This document shows positions 62,235-64,000 of a stretch of 64,000 bases of DNA, one piece after another. The translations under genes were made by a program, and so were the position numbers. Every line of letters starts with the position of its first letter. The stretch's first letter is position 1. The stretch is taken from contig OZ024752.1 in the NCBI GenBank assembly GCA_964016885.1, positions 36,952,001 to 37,016,000 on the forward strand, in the 5' to 3' direction. The notes beneath the pieces were generated by a model. The model made no database searches and had not been told where the DNA came from. It saw only the letters and a program-made list of their open reading frames with translations. The DNA comes from Eledone cirrhosa (lineage: Eukaryota).

Positions 62235-62295
62235 TATTTCATTTGATGAGAACGTACCAAAATTTTGGTACCCTTGAAATATATATAATAAAATA
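62235..62295 (+). ncRNA. Hammerhead motif homologous to 35920-35984, C3->U variant
   Basis: TATTTCAT-TTGATGA-gaac-GTACCAAAATTTTGGTAC-cctt-GAAA-TATATA-TA-ATAAAATA; flanks 62207-62334 homologous to 35892-36025. Confidence 0.6.
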
Positions 62296-63039
62296 AATAT
62301 GGTTTTATAAAGTATAGTTTCCATTTATTAATATCATTGATATATATATATATATATATCATCATTTCATCATCATTTCATTTTACGTCTGCTTTTTCCC
62401 TGCTTGCAAGGGTGGGACGGCAACTGATTTTGGCTTGATTTCTACAGCTGGATGTCCTTCCTAACACCAACCTCATTTACAGTGAGTGCTGGGTGCTTTT
62501 TTGCCGTGGCACCTACACGTCCACTTTACAGTGGAATGATATATATATAAAGGATGGTGTGATCAAATGCAGAAATGCTATAAAGATAGCTTATAAAATA
62601 AGATGAAGACCCTTTAAAAGAGTAGAAAAAGAAGTTCAGTGGCCAAGAACAACTTTTCTGTCTTTTAAGGGGCTTCACTATCTTTATAAAATTACTGTTT
62701 TTAAGCACACCAACCTTTATACTTATGTATATATATATATAAGTACAAGCTGAAGCATATAGACAATATGCCCCCACACCCCCCACTGCAAGGTGGTCGT
62801 GGAGGTGCCAGAGCAAAAAAGCACCCAGCCCACACTGTAAAGTGGACGTGTAGGCGCCACGAAAAAGCACCCAGCACTCACTGTAAATGAGGTTGGTGTT
62901 AGGAAGGGCATCCAGCTGTAGAAATCAAGCCAAATCAGTTCCTGTATGAGCAAGGCATGGTCAGCCGACCAGACACTGCCCACAACAGGACAACCCGTCT
63001 AACCCATGCTAGCGTGGAAGAAGGGACGTAAAACGGTGG

Positions 63040-63070
<31 letters not shown>

Positions 63071-63100
63071 ATATATATAATATTTATTATTTACTTTTAG

Positions 63101-63182
63101 GGTGTAGAAGGATGTTACATTTTACCAAAGCCACTTACTGATAAATATGGCAGCAAAGAATTTAGTGTTGATGGTAGCCTTG
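63101..63182 (+). CDS. TUBGCP2: GCP2 exon (GVEGCYILPKPLTDKYGSKEFSVDGSL)
   Basis: ttttag/gtaagt, phase 0-1; G-x-x-G-x-Y GRIP motif. Confidence 0.93.
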
Positions 63183-63508
63183 GTAAGTTGAAGATCTTTC
63201 TAGACCTTTCCATTTAGTTTAAGTAAGAGATGATTAAAGGCTCTCTCTAATGATTATGTTTCTGAAAATACATATATTCTTAAAGGAAATATGTGCTGTT
63301 ATTGAACTTAGTTGTTCATATTCTCTCAATATTTAGGCTCTTACTATTAAATGTACTGTATATACTCAAATATAAGCTGACCCCACTATTTTATGTCTGA
63401 AAAATGGGAAAAAAAAAATGGGCAAAAATTGTTTTTGATAATTTTATCAAAAAGTATTGTGTTTGATAATTTTATTTAAAAGTATTGTTTACCCTGTTAT
63501 ATTTCTAG

Positions 63509-63586
63509 ATCCTTCTTTATCTGAACTTGCACAACGAATTCTTCCTCTCTGTTCCTACTATTCTACAGTTGTTCGGTTTATTGAAG
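63509..63586 (+). CDS. TUBGCP2: GCP2 exon (DPSLSELAQRILPLCSYYSTVVRFIE); gene continues beyond window
   Basis: ttctag/gtaagg, phase 1-1; D.S..EL..RILP....YS.V.RFIE. Confidence 0.95.
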
Positions 63587-64000
63587 GTAAGGAACTGGTT
63601 TGTTTTGTTTTCAATTAAGAACATCACCATCATCATCATATAACATCTATTTCCCATGCTTGCATGGGTTAGACAGGTCAGGTGACATGTCTTGTTCATA
63701 CAGAACTGTTTCTGGTTTGGTTTCTATGGCTGGATGTCCTTCTTAATGACAGCCACATTACAGCATGGACTGGGTGCTTTTTATCATGGTACCAAAACTA
63801 TCATCTGACAACTTGGACTAGGTGCTTTTTTATATTGGTACCAGCATGACCATCTACAGGGTAGATTGGCTGCTTTTTCTTGTGTCACCAGCGCAACTAC
63901 CTCACAAGGTGTATTGGGTGCTTTTCCTTGTGTCACCAGCAATAACCATTTTACAAGATGGATTGGGTGCTTTTTGTTGTGTCATTATCATCATTTTATG

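Overview
AT-rich, repeat-dense animal genomic DNA. The SINE, LINE and MITE families and the (TA)n/(GAT)n tracts look like a coleoid cephalopod (octopus-like) genome; this is pattern recognition, not a database result. Almost all ORF-track entries are repeat artefacts. Manual splice-phase reconstruction gives two + strand genes. (1) An adhesion GPCR, 5'-incomplete, with 19 phase-consistent exons from 6406 to the stop at 39739 plus two tentative upstream exons; it has a GAIN domain, an intact GPS (CNHL/TSFAILM) and a full 7TM. (2) The 5' part of gamma-tubulin complex component 2 (TUBGCP2), from ATG 54008 through 10 coding exons, running off the window. Introns hold tRNA-derived SINEs, RTE and CR1 LINE ends, piggyBac-, hAT- and mariner-type MITEs and many minisatellites. 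Most notable: (a) minimal type I hammerhead ribozyme motifs of the Penelope-associated kind, two of them back-to-back in a ~160-bp-arm foldback inside a GPCR intron; (b) a 47-bp minisatellite made of six copies of the GPCR's own splice acceptor; (c) a perfect 206-bp-arm palindrome; (d) a satellite built from the RT catalytic YADD codons; (e) a nested-palindrome element found only in (TA)n tracts.
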